From assembly GCA_964016885.1 (NCBI GenBank), contig OZ024741.1, positions 188,418,001 to 188,482,000 on the forward strand: a stretch of DNA of 64,000 bases, given 5' to 3'. A program made the position numbers and the translations under genes. Below are positions 51,026 to 64,000 of this stretch, piece by piece (positions within the stretch are counted from its first letter, which is position 1; each line of letters opens with the position of its first letter). Under the pieces are notes generated by a model, which was not told the DNA's origin, made no database searches, and saw only the letters and a program-made list of their open reading frames with translations. This stretch comes from Eledone cirrhosa. Lineage: Eukaryota.

Positions 51026-51569
51026 GTTGTGTGTGCCAATGGGGTGAAATTGGAAGGTCTGCATTATTGCTTCGGTTTGTGTGTGTGTGTGTACATGTGC
51101 ATGTTTCTGTGTGTTTTTGTGCATATGTATGCACATGAATGCGTATGTGTGTAATGTGTGTGTATGTAATTGTATCCTATTGTTTCTATGTATGTGTGTG
51201 TGTATGTGTGTGTGTGTATTTTCATGTGTGTGTCAGATGAGTGTGAGTATGCATGACTCCATGTCTGTGTTTGTGACTTTCTGTATTGTCTGTAGCAGCA
51301 TCATTATGTGTGCGTGCATGTATGTTTATGTATAGTTATGTCAGTGTGTGAGCATATGTGTGTATATCTGCAAATCCACGTGTATTCCAGTGTCCAAGAG
51401 AGATGATATGTATTGCGAGCTGGTGTCAGTGAAGTCGTCAGGTGGGGGAGAGAGGTGGTGGCGCATGCAGAATGGAAGTGGTTTGTCAGGGAACTGTGGT
51501 GGCAGCATGTGTGCATGTGTGCGCATGCATGTGTGTGTGTATGTGTGTGTATTGGAGGTATAAGGTAGA

Positions 51570-51750
51570 ACAATAAATAATAATGGAATTATTGTGTACA
51601 GTACTCAGGTGCACTACAACTCATCAAAGGTGCATGTATAGTACATAGAATAATGTACAAATGTCAGGAAAGTGAACAGTGTATGAGTCGTGATATACAT
51701 GTGTGTGTGTGTGGAGGGGGGATATCAGGTGTAGTGTTGGCGAATTTTGG
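51570..51750 (-). mobile_element. Probable LINE 3' end with (TTA)-like tail (CR1/L2-like, tentative)
   Basis: Minus strand ends ..gcacctgagtactgtacacaataattccattatttattatt, preceded by the last codons of an ORF. Confidence 0.45.
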
Positions 51751-52109
51751 GAAGTAGACACGGTTGTTAGTAGTTAGTTGTGGGTGGGTATGTGTGTATT
51801 ATTGGTGGAGTGGCGAGGAGTGAATGAAGATGGTTAGTTGTATTAGCCAGTTAAATGGTTCGAGTGTGTGTGCGGGGTGGGGGGTTAGAATGGTGGGGTG
51901 TGGAGTTAGATGGGAGTTAGTAGGTTAGTAGTAAGTGGTGAGGTCTGTTAGTTAATTAGTGAGTGCTGCTGTGGATGAGGTCAGAAGTGTAGGAGGGTCA
52001 TATGGGTTTAACTGATAAATTGGTTGTGTTGGTGTGTGTGGGTATGTTGATGAAGAGGTGGAGCATGTGTTGGTATGTAGGGGGGTGTGATGAGCAAGGA
52101 TAAAGAAAG

Positions 52110-52440
52110 AGGTTGGGGAATTTAGACCATTTCCAGTCCAGGTCTGGAGAAAGAAAATAGTGCACTGCTCATCTTTTTCAAGCGTGTGTAAGGCCACAGA
52201 CAGTGAGGTTGTGCGTGGAGTATCCGGCAGAGTGGAAATGTTGAGCGACTGGAGGCTGGTTGCCGAGCCAGACGTCCTGGAGGTGCTCTGCAAACCGGTC
52301 TGCCTGTCAACACTCAGTCTACCCGATGTAGACAGCTCCACAGCGCGTGCAACAGAGCCTGTAGATAAAACTGACAGATGTGCAGTGGAAGGAGTTCTGG
52401 ATGCGGAAGGATTGGCCGTTTGACCCATGGAGAGTGGTGG
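52110..52440 (-). pseudogene. PLE GIY-YIG relic (Neptune-like, tentative)
   Basis: SFRIQNSFHCTSVSFIYRLCCTRCGAVYIG*T..RFAEHL..PVAQHFHS..EQCTIFFLQT..GLN. Confidence 0.82.
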
Positions 52441-52637
52441 TATTGGTGTTGAAATTTCAAGTGCATCAATGTGGTTGGGAGCAAGGGAGTGATCCAGGAA
52501 AGGAGCTACGGACGAGGTTTCAGAGGTTGTGTGCGTACTTGAAAGAAGGGAGGGTGGGAATCGAAATATGGTGGAAGTGGAGGGGTCAAAGCCACAGCAC
52601 AGTGCCACCAAGTGGTGTCCAACAGAAGCAAGGGGGA

Positions 52638-52680
52638 ATCGTTGATGCCTTTCAAACTCAATGGTTCTCATCAGGACGAT
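52638..52680 (-). ncRNA. Minimal type I hammerhead
   Basis: aucguc-CUGAUGA-gaac cauuga guuu-GAAA-GGCAUC-aacgau. Confidence 0.7.
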
Positions 52681-52724
52681 GCTTCCCCCTTGCTAATGCA
52701 GGACTTACATACATATTTGTATAT

Positions 52725-53069
52725 GGAGGCACATGGCTTAGTGGTTAGAGCATTGGCCTTGCAATCGAAAGGTTGTGAGTTCAATTCTCAGACCGGGTGA
52801 TGTGTTGTTTCCTTGAGCAAGACACTTTATTTCACATTGCTCCAGTTTACTCAGCTGTAGAAATGAGATGATAGGGACAGGGGTCCATATCATTCCACTG
52901 CAAAGTGGTCGTGGAGGTGCCACGGCAAAAAAGCACCCAGCACACACTGTAAATGAGGTTGGTGTTAGGAAGGGCATCCAGCTGTAGAAATCAAGCCAGA
53001 ATCAATGTCCATCCCACCCTTGCAAGCAGGGAAAAGCGGACGTAAAATGATGATGATGATGATGATGAT
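52725..53069 (+). mobile_element. CORE-type SINE with RTE tail
   Basis: Matches 22469-22806, (GAT)n tail. Confidence 0.9.
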
Positions 53070-53222
53070 ACAGAAATGTTGAAGCTAAATTCTAATTCTA
53101 TTTTAAGTTGAGCAAACTTATACAGCTTTGTATGCAAATGAGGCTAATCAGCCCATTTACACAGACGAAAAAACTATATATTTTCACCTGTTTCAAAGTC
53201 CTGTATTAGCGAAAGGGAAGCA

Positions 53223-53263
53223 TTGTCCTGATGAGAACCATTAAGTTTGAAATGCATCAACAG
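53223..53263 (+). ncRNA. Minimal type I hammerhead
   Basis: uguc-CUGAUGA-gaac cauuaa guuu-GAAA-UGCAUC-aaca. Palindromic AUGCAU helix III. Confidence 0.72.
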
Positions 53264-53484
53264 TTATCCCCCTTGCTTCTGTTGGATACCGCTCGGCAGC
53301 ACTGACTGCCAGTGTTCTATTCATAGCTGTGGCTTTCAGAATGTTTATTTATAAACATACCATATATCTTTAGATATACAAAATTCACATCATCATCACC
53401 ATCATTTTACATCCACTTTTCCTTGCTTGCAAGGGTGGGATGGGTTTTATTAAGCACACCATTTCTCCATTATACATACATATG

Positions 53485-53548
<64 letters not shown>

Positions 53549-53639
53549 ATGTTGAAAAGGTAACACACCAGAGAGAGATATATAGTGCGTTATCAATATA
53601 TATATATATATGTGTGTGTATGTATATATATATATACAT

Positions 53640-56600
53640 AATTATTGCAGGCGACCTAAATGGTCACGTTGGACAACATTGTGACGGCTACGACGAAATC
53701 CATGGAGGCTATGGGTTTGGTACTAGAAATGAGGAAGGCTCCAGAATCCTGGAATTCTGTGACGCAAATAACCTAACTATCTGTAATACTAACTTAAAAA
53801 AACGTGACAATCACCTGATCACCTATAGATCGGGGGAACACACAAGCCAGGTAGATTATATCCTTACCAGAAGACGTGACAGAGTGTCTGTTGTAAACAC
53901 TAAATCCCTCCCCCATGAAGAATGCACCTCCCAACATAGACTGATAATTAGCGACCTAATAGTCAGGACGAGACGTACTAGACAACAGAAGAGGCCTATC
54001 CTCAGGAGAAAAATATGGAAGCTAAAGGACCCCACAGCCAGAAATAAATTCAAAAGTATACTACTTGATGCTTTCGACAGTAAGGAAGAGCAATTAGAGT
54101 CGTACAATATAGAGGAGCAGTGGGAATTCCTGAAAGCAAACCTGCTGATGGCGGCAGACGAAGTCTGTGGCTGGAGCAGCCCTGTAGGCAGGAGGAGAGT
54201 AACATGGTGGTGGAACAGTAAGGTGGAGGGGGCAATTAAGGCCAAAAAGCAGGCTTGGAAAGTATGGCGGGATGGGGGAAGCAGAGAAGACTATCAAGTG
54301 GCCAGGAGGGAAGCTAGGAGACAAGTGTACTTCGCAAGAAGGGAAGCAGAGGAAAGAAAGTTCAAGCATGTTCTACAACGCGAGGACCAAAAACGTGAGG
54401 TGTTCAGGATTGCTAGGCAGGCGAGGAAAACCGTGATATTGTCGGGGAGAAGTGTGTACTTAATGATGACGGCGTACTTACCATCACCGATGCTGATAAG
54501 AAGGTAGCTTGGAAGTGTCACTACGAAAGGCTACTAAATGAGGAGAATAAATGGGAGAAAGACAGTCTCCCCCACATCGACCCAATAGAGGGACCAGCAG
54601 TGTTAGTCGAGGGTAGTATAATAAGTAAGGCAATCAAAGATATGAAGACGGGTAAGGCGGCTGGGCCTTCGGAAATAGTTGCCGAGCTGCTGAAGGCATC
54701 TGGTACGGTGGGACACACCATGGTCACCCGGATAGTTAACCAAGTCGTACAGAATGGGGTTGTTCCGAAGGACTGGCGTAGCAGCATCATCGTTAACTGT
54801 TATAAGGGAAAAGGAGATGCCCTAGATAGGAGTAACTATAGAGGCATTAAATTAATCGACCAGGTCATGAAGGTCACGGAAAAAGTAATAGCGCAACTAA
54901 TCAGAGAGAGAATTGATCTAGATGAAATGCAGTTCGGGTTTGTGTCAGGCAAAAGTACCACAGACGCTCTTTTCATTGTACGACAACTACAGGAGAAGTA
55001 CCTAGCTAAAAGTAAACCCCTACACTTAGCTTTTGTCGACTTGGAGAAAGCCTTCGACAGAGTCCCCCGTTCCATTATCTGGTGGGCTCTTAGAAAACTA
55101 GGTGTTGACGAATGGCTTGTGAGAGCTATACAAGCCATGTATAAAGAAACAGTCAGCAAGGTTAGAATTAACAACGAATATAGTGAAGAGTTTAGCGTAA
55201 AAGTTGGCGTCCATCAGGGCTCTGTTCTCAGCCCCCTACTATTTATTATTGCCCTTCAGGCTATAACGGAGGAGTTTAAAACCGGTTGCCCATGGGAACT
55301 CCTATACGCAGATGACCTAACACTCATAGCTGAATCAATGGCCGAGCTAGAGAAGAAATTCCAAACATGGAAGCACGGCCTAGAATCAAAAGGCCTTAAA
55401 ATTAACCTGGCTAAGACTAAAGTTCTAGTTTGTAAGAAAGAAAATGAGGCGGTGGTCCCTTCCGGGAAGTGGCCATGCTCAGTGTGTAGGAAAGGCGTAG
55501 GTAGAAACTCCATTTTGTGTCCCAAATGCAAAGTATTGGTGCATAAAAGATGTAGTGGGATCACAGTAAGCTAACTAAGAACATAGATTTTACATGTGGC
55601 CGGTGCTCTGGTGCTATAAGTAGCAGCAAGTGCCCACAATATACTAGCTCTTTCAACTGCGCAGAGGGTTCTATAAAAATAGTGGACAGCTTCCGTTACC
55701 TGGGTGACAAAATCAGCAGTGGTGGAGGGTGCTCTGAGTACAGTAGCTAGAGTCAGAACTGGATGGAAAAAGTTCAGAGAGCTTATACCACTATTAGCCG
55801 CTAAAGGGTTCTCCCTAAAAATGAAAGGCAGGTTGTATGATGCCTGCATACGAACAGCAATGTTGCATGGCAGTGAGACCTGGGCATTGTGTGCAGAGGA
55901 TATACGCAGACTAGAGAGGAACGAAGCTTGCATGCTCCGCTGGATGTGTAATAGTAATATACGTGAACGGCAAAGCATAAACGAACTAAGGAAAAAATTA
56001 GAAATAAGAGGGATCAGATGTTGTTTACTCGAGAGAAGGCTACGTTGGTATGGTCACGTGATGCGCATGAAAGACGATAGCTGTATAACAAAGTGCAGGG
56101 CAATAAAGATAGACGGTAGCCACAGAATAGGCAGACCCAGAAAAACCTGGGACAAGCTGATAAATTCCGACCTCACACACTTACACCTCTCCAAGACAAT
56201 GTCACTTGACCGAGACCTTTGGCAGTACTCAGTAATAGAGAAGACCCGCCTTACCTAAATACAAAGTAAAACCTACTACAGTCAGTAGGCATCTCTAACA
56301 AAATACACCCCCGTCCCACCACCCCCACCCCATCCACACCGCCCCTTTCAATGTAAAGTTATGTTGGTGCCACAACATCCAGGCCGAAACAAATGAGATC
56401 GTGTAGGTGTCACGACAAAAAACACACAGTCCACGCTGTAATGTGGCCGTGTAGGCAACACGGTAAAAACCTCCCAGCCCCACACTGTAAATGTGGTTGG
56501 TGTTAGGAAGGGCATCCAGCTGTAGAAAACCCGCCAGGTAGTCCTATGCGAGCAAGATAATCACTCTTGCCTCAAGTGGGAAAACCCCCGTCCAAACCCA

Positions 56601-56651
56601 TGCAAGCATGGAACACGGACGTTAAACGTTGATGATGATGATGATGATGAT
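53640..56651 (+). mobile_element. 5'-truncated RTE LINE, subfamily C, about three frameshifts
   Basis: APE C-half ([17 protein letters not shown]), RT 54600-55574, C-terminus 55704-56258, 3' UTR and (GAT)n. Confidence 0.95.
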
Positions 56652-56710
56652 AGTCTGTATATATTTTTTCTGTAGTAACCCACTTTACTAGTTCACACGT
56701 GTATGCAACA

Positions 56711-56900
56711 CAATTTATTACATAACATTAACAACATTATATCAATTTAATATTAGTACTCTTGTATATAAAGTATAATTTATTACATAACATTAACAAC
56801 CTTATATAAATTTAATGTTAGTAGCTTTCTATATATAACAATTATGTAACAACATATTTTATTACATGACACCAACAGCCTTATATCAATTTAATATTTG
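56711..56900. repeat. Three degenerate ~65-80-bp AT-rich tandem units
   Basis: tttattacataacattaacaac.ttatatcaatttaatatt recurs three times. Confidence 0.7.
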
Positions 56901-56949
56901 TAATAAAATTCTTTCCAGCAGGGAAATGGATGTTAAATGATAATGTTCA

Positions 56950-57660
56950 GTTTTGTATCATCATCATCATCCATTTATATATGTGTTAAATGGGATTTTC
57001 AGCACAGCTTCCACCCACATGTTGCATTCCCTTGTGATCTCACCTGTGAGGTTTAGCTATTTGAGATCAGCTCTCACCATGTCTGTACATGCTTTTCTTG
57101 GTCTTCCTTTACTACAGCTTCTTTCCACGAAACCTCTTGACACCTAACAATCATCAACCATATGCATCACAGGTCCAAACTAATGCAGTCGTCTCTGATT
57201 CCTCTTATACTCAGTTTTTCTCTCAGCTCATCCATGCTTTTATATTAACATCACACATCCATTGAGTCATGCTTGCTTCATTTCTCTCCAGCTTTCACTG
57301 ACCATGTCTCTCTACCATGCAATATCACATTTCATGCACAGCTATCATACAATCAGTTGTTCATTCATAGAGAGAAACCTTTTGTTGTCAACGGGAGTAG
57401 TAGCTAGCTTCCAGAAAATTTTCCATCTGTTCTTATCCCAGCTACTATGTGCTCTGAGCAACCTCCTCCATTGCTAATTATGTCATAGGTAACAAAACCT
57501 ATTAACTACTTCTATGGAGCCTTCCCAAGATTGGAAAAAGTTTATTTCCCCGTTGAGCTTACTTCTAACTATCCCTGTGCATTTGCCACATAAAAAGTCT
57601 ACATTTTTTGTTACTCTTTCTGCTATCTCACTACACCTCTTGCGTATCTATGTTTCTACA
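56950..57660 (-). mobile_element. Decayed RTE 3' part
   Basis: Resembles 6800-7560. Confidence 0.75.
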
Positions 57661-58007
57661 CATTGGACATGGCTATTTTTCTATGTAATAGAATTTTGAT
57701 TTTTGCTAAGTTTCCCTTGAGCTTTTTGATTCGAACTTCTGTTTTCCCTATTGAAATTTCTCCTCAACAACTATTTGTTTTCTTCTGTGCATCCTCTTTT
57801 TTTCTGGTCTTTTTTGTTTACTCCATCTTGTCTTTCTGTTTTTCATTGAGAATATTAGCAAAATGACCATCTCCAAATATAAAAACAATTGTTTCAACAC
57901 ATGATTTAACACCAAGAACCTTGAAAAACAAACATATACATACATATGAGGTATAAGCCTCAGCCTGAGAATAATAGAGGGGGGGGCTGTCTTTTGTATA
58001 TATATAT

Positions 58008-59378
58008 GTTCAAGACCGGCTGCCCATTGGAACTCCTATACGCAGATGATCTAACGCTCATAGCTGAATCAATGGCCGAGCTAGAGAAGAAATTCCAAAC
58101 ATGGAAGCACGGCCTAGAATCAAAAGGCCTTAAAATTAACCTGGCTTAGACTAAAGTTCTAGTTTGTAGGAAAGAAAATAAGGCGCCGGTCCCTTCCGGG
58201 AAATGGCCATGCTCAGTGTGTAGGAAAGGCGTAGGTAGAAACTCCATTTTATGTCCCAAATGCAAAGTATGGGTGCATAAAAGATGTAGTGGGATCACAG
58301 GTAAGCTAACTAAGAACATAGATTTTACATGTGGCCGGTGCTCTGGTGCAACAAGTAGCAGCAAGTGCCCACAAAATACTAGCTCTTTCAATTGCGCAGA
58401 GGGTTCTATAGAAATAGTGGACAGCTTCCGTTACCTGGGTGACAAAATCAGCAGTGGGGGAGGGTGCTCTGAAAGTACAGTAGCTAGAGTCAGAACTGGA
58501 TGGAAAAAGTTCAGAGAGCTTATACCACTATTAGCCGCTAAAGGGTTCTCCCTAAAAATGAAAGGCAGGCTGTATGATGCCTGCATACGAACAGCAATGT
58601 TGCATGGTAGTGAGACCTGGGCATTGTGTGCAGAGGATATACGCAGACTAGAGAGGAACGAAGCTTGCATGCTCCGCTGGATGTGTAATAGTAATATATG
58701 CGAACGGCAAAGCATAAATGAACTAAGGGAAAAATTAGAAATAAGAGGGATCAGATGTTGTTTAGTCGAGAGAAGGCTACATTGGTATGGTCACGTGATG
58801 CGCATGAAAGACGACAGCTGTATAAAAAAGTGCAGGGCAATAAAGATAGACGGTAGCCACGGAGTAGGCAGACCCAGAAAAACCTGGGACGACCTGATAA
58901 ATTCCGACCTCACACACTTACACCTCTCCAAGACAATGTCACTGGACCGAGATCTTTGGCGGTACTCAGTAATAGAGAAGACCCGCCTTACCTGAATACA
59001 AAGTAAAAGCTACTACAGTCAGTAGGCATCTCTAACAAAACACACCCCCATCCCACCACCCCCATCACATCCACACCGCCCCTTTCAATGTAAAGTTATG
59101 TTGGTGCCACAACATTCACAAATGAGATCGTGTAGGTGTCACAACAAAAAAACACACAGTCCACGCTGTAATGTGGCCGTGTAGGCAACACGGTAAAAAC
59201 CTCCCAGTCCCACACTGTAAATGTGGTTGGTGTTAGGAAGGGCATCCAACTCTAGAAAACCCGCCAGACAGTCCTATGCGAGCAAGACAACCACTCTTGC
59301 TTCAAGTGGGAAAACTCCCGTCCAAACCCATGCAAGCGTGGAACATGGACGTTAAACGATGATGATGATGATGATGAT
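58008..59378 (+). mobile_element. 5'-truncated RTE LINE, subfamily C
   Basis: YADD, one stop, then a 259-aa PHD plus C-terminal ORF, 3' UTR and (GAT)n. Confidence 0.95.
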
Positions 59379-59469
59379 TATTCACCTCCCTTAGCGGTAA
59401 CCATACCTCCTCTACTACCCTGTCAACAATTTCCACAAGCTTCCTCCCACCTCTCTAGTCCCAAGACAA

Positions 59470-60460
59470 AAGTGCCCTAGCCCCATTGTAAAGTGGTCAT
59501 GTTGGTGACATGACAAAAAGTGCCCAGTTCACACTGTAATGTGATCGTGTAGGTGACACAACAAAAAGCACCCAGCACACACTGTAAGTGTTGTTGGTGG
59601 TAGGAAGGGCACCCAGCTGTAGAAACGAAGCCAAAATCTGCCCTGGGTGAGCTAAATATGGTCCTCTGACCTGTTTTTTCCCTAAGAGTCAATCCATCCT
59701 ACCCATGGATGATGGATGCTAATCAATGAGGTTGATGATATATTTGGTGTTAGGAAGGGCATCCAGCAGTAGAAAGCCAGCCAGAAACACTCCTATGTGA
59801 GCGAGACACTGGTTCCTGATCCAACTTGCCTCTAAATGGGACAAACCCATCTAACCCATGCTAGCATGGAAGATAGACGTTAATCGATGATGATGATGAT
59901 ATATATATATATATACATATCATCATCATCATCATTGTTTAACATTCATTTCCCATGCTAGGATATATATTTATATATTTGAAAGCAATGAAGCTTCCAT
60001 GCTTCGATGGATGTGTTGTAGTAATATACATGAATGGCAAAGTATAAATCAACTGAGAGAGAAATTGGGCATAAGGGGGATCAGATGCAGTGTTCAGAAA
60101 AGGCGAATGCGTTGGTATGGACATGTGATGCATATGAAGGATGACATCTGGATAAAAAGGTGCAGAGCACTCAAAGTTGATAGAAGCTATAGAGTAGGAA
60201 GACCCAGGAAGACTTGGGATAAGGTGATAAAAGATGACCTTGCACAATTGCACTTCTGAAAGGCGATGAAACAGGACTATGATCTCTGGTGCTATGCAGT
60301 AATACAAAAGACTGCCTTCCCATATGCATGGGCTGAGGCATACATCTAGTATGTGTCACCTTCCCTCCCATACACCTCCCACATCATAACACCCCACTCC
60401 TAGATCTACCTCCCTAATCCCTAATCCACACTATAAAGTGGTCATCTTGGTGCCATGACA
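59470..60460 (+). mobile_element. Stacked older RTE tails and a C-terminal fragment
   Basis: Two ggaagggca(t/c)ccag tails, then ORF 59999-60259 (MLRWMC..WYGH..GRPRKTW). Confidence 0.8.
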
Positions 60461-60799
60461 ATGAGCCCCCAGACCTGAAATGCCTCAGGCCCCACCAAGG
60501 TCTAAATCTGGCCCTGGGTGCAGCATTTGTCCCTCTCATCCCATTACTTTTGTTATTTAATACTTATTTTTTCTTTTCTTACTATGAAAATATTTATCAT
60601 TGATTTTCCATAAACATTTTCTATTATCTGTGTACAAGTATTGTAAACCCAGTCAAGCTTAAGATAAATACAGGAATATTCGTAGGGTTGCAGTAAAATT
60701 GTTTACACATGCGTGTTTATGTCTGCATATGTGTTCAATATTCAATAATCTATTATATATAACATGAAATGTTCTTCACAAACAAGCGCTAAAACACAC

Positions 60800-61195
60800 A
60801 AGACATGGCTGAGTGGTTAAGAAGTTTACTTCACAACCAGTTGGTTCTAGATTTTGTCCTGTTGCATAACACCTTGTACAAGTGTCTTCTACTATAGCAT
60901 CACTTTGACTGATGCCTCATGAGTGGAATTTGGTAGATGGAAATTGCAGAAGCCTGTCATGTGAGCATGTGTATGTGTATGTGTACTTGTGTGCGTATAT
61001 CTATGTGTGTGTGATTGTGTGTGTATGCGTGTGTGTCCATGTCTCTGTTTACATTTGTGTCTATGTTCAACAAAAAAAACAGCCAATAAAATTAGTACCA
61101 GACATGAAAAATAAGTACTGGGGCTGATATGACTAACTAAATCTAGGTAGTGTCCTAGCATGGCCACAGTCTAATGACTGAAACAAAAGAATAAA
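60800..61195 (+). mobile_element. Old tRNA-derived SINE of the octopus type with internal (TG)n
   Basis: tggctgagtggt A box, aagtgtcttctactatagc..gagtggaatttggtagatggaaa body, catggccacagtctaatgactgaaac end. Confidence 0.7.
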
Positions 61196-61331
61196 TTCCT
61201 TTCACAAATCCATACATATTTGGTTGTATGTACATTTACATAATAATGGTAGGTGTGGTTCTGAATAAGAAACATACATTATGTTAATTAGGTACCTGTT
61301 GAAATCCTAATGGTATACAGTTCTGGCTTAA

Positions 61332-61544
61332 CCCTTTAGCATTTAAACCAGCCGTATCTGGCTGGAATTCTTTCACCTCTTTCTGTTCAAACTGGCTGTA
61401 ACTGGCCACTCATACTGATGTTAAGGTATTGTTCTTAAAATAAATAATATCAAAATCTCATAGATTCAATATTCTGTGAGATAATTATGTCAGGTTATGA
61501 TGAAAATATAATAGTAAAAATAGAGTAATGTAAATGCTAAAAGG
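61332..61544 (+). mobile_element. piggyBac-like MITE
   Basis: TTAA TSD on both sides. 14-bp TIRs ccctttagcattta / taaatgctaaaagg. Confidence 0.82.
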
Positions 61545-62029
61545 TTAAACTTAAGCATAGAAAATAGATGTTAAATGGTTATGTTGATAGTATTCTGCTG
61601 CTATGATAAAATGTACCTAGTATATTCTGTAAGGTGATTTGCATTAGGAAGGTCATTTGGCTAGAGAAACCATGCCAAATATGGACCATAAGAGCAAGAG
61701 GAAGTCTCTCTGGTCGATCTAATCTTTGACTGTGACAATCTGCCCAACCCAAGCCAGCCTAGAAGGTGGATGTACAATGATACTGCTACTGATTCTGATG
61801 ATGATGATTCTGTGTATATCTAGTTTAGAATAGATACACTATATCTCCCCATGTTGTATGAGGTGACTAAAAGGTTTGACACCTGGAAGGGCATCCAGCC
61901 ATAAAACATTGCTTCAAAAATGATCCCATGATGAGTATAAAGCCTTTGATGGGATCTGCAATGATAACCCCTACTTTAGCAGGGAAAATGGCCATAAAAT
62001 GCTTAGAGTGTTTATATATATATATATGG

Positions 62030-62880
62030 TCAGCTTCTTCTTGCCTTGATGTCGCTAAATGAGTGCCTGAGTATTTGTGTTCGGATAAATGGTGCTATAT
62101 TGAAATCACTCAATGTGGGAGTCGGACTCCACCAAGCGTGTGTACTGTCACCTCCCCTGTTCATTATTTACATGAACAGTATTGACATGCGCAGCTGGGT
62201 TGGAAGTGGTATCACGACTGACAGGTGTAGAATCAGCCGGCTGAAATTTGAAGACAACATGCTATTACTTAACTCAACAGAAAACTTGCACTTGATAGGT
62301 TTTATACCGAGTGCTGCATGGATGTAATGAGACATTCATCCTATCAAGGAAGACTGTGTAGTGCACTCTACATGTGGAGTTCCACTGAAGCAGAGGAAGT
62401 TAAAGTATCTCAGGCCCATATTCATAAGTGATGGAAGGCTGGAGGCTGAATTAAGTGCAAGAATTGCAGGAGCTGGTGCTGTAATGTACCAGCTTCAGCA
62501 TTCAGTAATCAGATGAAGGGAGGTAGGTGTAAATGCCAAATTTGACATATATAGATAGAGTGTGTAGCTCAGAGATCAGGGAACCACTCCAGGTAGAGCT
62601 CCTACTTCTTTGAATTGACAGGTTGCAGCTCCAATACTATAGTCATGAGGTTAGGATGTCTCAGGAAATAATTGGTGGGCAAATTTTACAGGCAAGACCA
62701 ACCAGCAGGACACCCAGGGGTAGACCCTGGGCAAGATGGTTGATAACATCCATGAGCTCGGCTGGTCAAGTTTGGGGATCCAGGAAACGATTGCTTCTGA
62801 CAGGACCCACTGGAAGGAGTGTTTGAGGACTCTGCCCCCATAAACCTCTCAGGAATAAGTTGGTGAAGAAAAAGAAGATA
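62030..62880 (+). mobile_element. Decayed second RTE lineage (Expander/Rex3-like, tentative), no PHD insert
   Basis: VGVGLHQACVLSPPLFIIYM..ISRLKFEDN and RTPRGRPWARW. Confidence 0.72.
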
Positions 62881-62895
62881 AATATATATATATAT

Positions 62896-63202
62896 GCAAT
62901 CGAAAGGTTGTGAGTTCAATTCTCAGACCGGGTGATGTGTTGTTTCCTTGAGCAAGACACTTTATTTCACATTGCTCCAGTTTACTCAGCTGTAGAAATG
63001 AGATGATAGGGACTGAGATCCCTATCATTCCACTGCAAAGTGGTCATGGAGGTGCCACGGCAAAAAAGCACCCAGCACTCACTGTAAATGAGGTTGGTGT
63101 TAGGAAGGGCATCCAGCTGTAGAAATCAAACCAGAATCAGTTCCCGTCCCACCCTTGCAAGCAGGGAAAAGCGGACGTAAAATGAAATGATGATGATGAT
63201 GA

Positions 63203-63207
<5 letters not shown>
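62896..63207 (+). mobile_element. 5'-truncated CORE-type SINE with RTE tail
   Basis: Matches 52760-53069, TA on both sides. Confidence 0.9.
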
Positions 63208-63235
<28 letters not shown>

Positions 63236-63240
<5 letters not shown>

Positions 63241-63420
63241 ATTGTTTCTCTTTTAGGCACAAGGCCAGCAATTATCCAGTACATTACTGGTACTTTATTT
63301 TATCGACCCCGTAAGGATGAAAGGCAAAGTTAACCTCGGCCGGATTTGAACTCAGATCGTAAAGGGACGTAACTCTGCTGGAAAGCATGTCTGACCCTCT
63401 ACCGATATTGCCAATTCATC
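63236..63420 (-). mobile_element. Meta-like SINE
   Basis: Matches the 39160-39775 units. Confidence 0.85.
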
Positions 63421-63684
63421 GCACACACACATATTCATATGTACATACGTGCGTGTGATGTCTGTCTTAACAAGTTTTGCTCGATGACTGAAAGAGTTAG
63501 AATAATCAAAAGAATTAAAATAATTCAATAATCAGAGCTATTTATCAAATTAAAAATACGAGGAAATAATAGACAAAGATATATATATATTTTTTTAAAG
63601 TCCCGACCGCAGTAATTTATGCACTATAGAAGTGTCCCATATATATATGTATATGTATATGCATAAAAAAATATATATATAATA

Positions 63685-63733
<49 letters not shown>

Positions 63734-63736
<3 letters not shown>

Positions 63737-63828
63737 GGTGTCCCCAAAATGTATACACACTTTGATGACCTGTACAGGCAATATTTATTAGAATGCTGTT
63801 GAAGTGAATATACATGTTTTGGGACACC

Positions 63829-63831
<3 letters not shown>
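63734..63831. mobile_element. Tc1/mariner-like 98-bp MITE
   Basis: ~29-bp imperfect TIRs cagggtgtccc.aaa, TA on both sides. Confidence 0.82.
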
Positions 63832-63890
<59 letters not shown>

Positions 63891-64000
63891 GTACTGTATT
63901 GTCCTCCTGTGTTTGTTTTCCTTGTTGACTTTCACACACACACACACACACACACTGATACATACACTCACTGATACATACACACACACAAAAGGAAAGA

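Noticed and set aside
51952-52671. 239-aa Ser/Thr-rich ORF
   Set aside because: Alternative frame over the GIY-YIG relic and the hammerhead segment.

Overview
Eukaryotic, gene-poor DNA that is almost entirely repeats. The SINE families and the dense (TA)n/(CA)n/(GAT)n microsatellites suggest a coleoid cephalopod such as Octopus (inference). No complete host gene is visible; the only candidate is one 58-nt exon on the minus strand. The window is a nest of mobile elements, mostly inserted into (TA)n arrays: about 13 RTE-clade LINE copies or fragments whose ORF carries a PHD finger inside the RT; at least three lineages of Penelope-like elements (PLEs; RT plus C-terminal GIY-YIG), two with long inverted terminal arms; many short non-coding fold-back cassettes made from PLE 3' ends; nine hammerhead-ribozyme motifs with intact cores plus several decayed ones; CORE- and Meta-type tRNA-derived SINEs; and a non-autonomous Helitron. 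It also holds Gypsy, Tigger and R4/Dong relics, piggyBac- and Tc1-like MITEs, a 1.8-kb (GTAAGT)(AT)n satellite and a 60-bp VNTR. Everything was read by eye, so coordinates may be off by a few bases and clade names are tentative.
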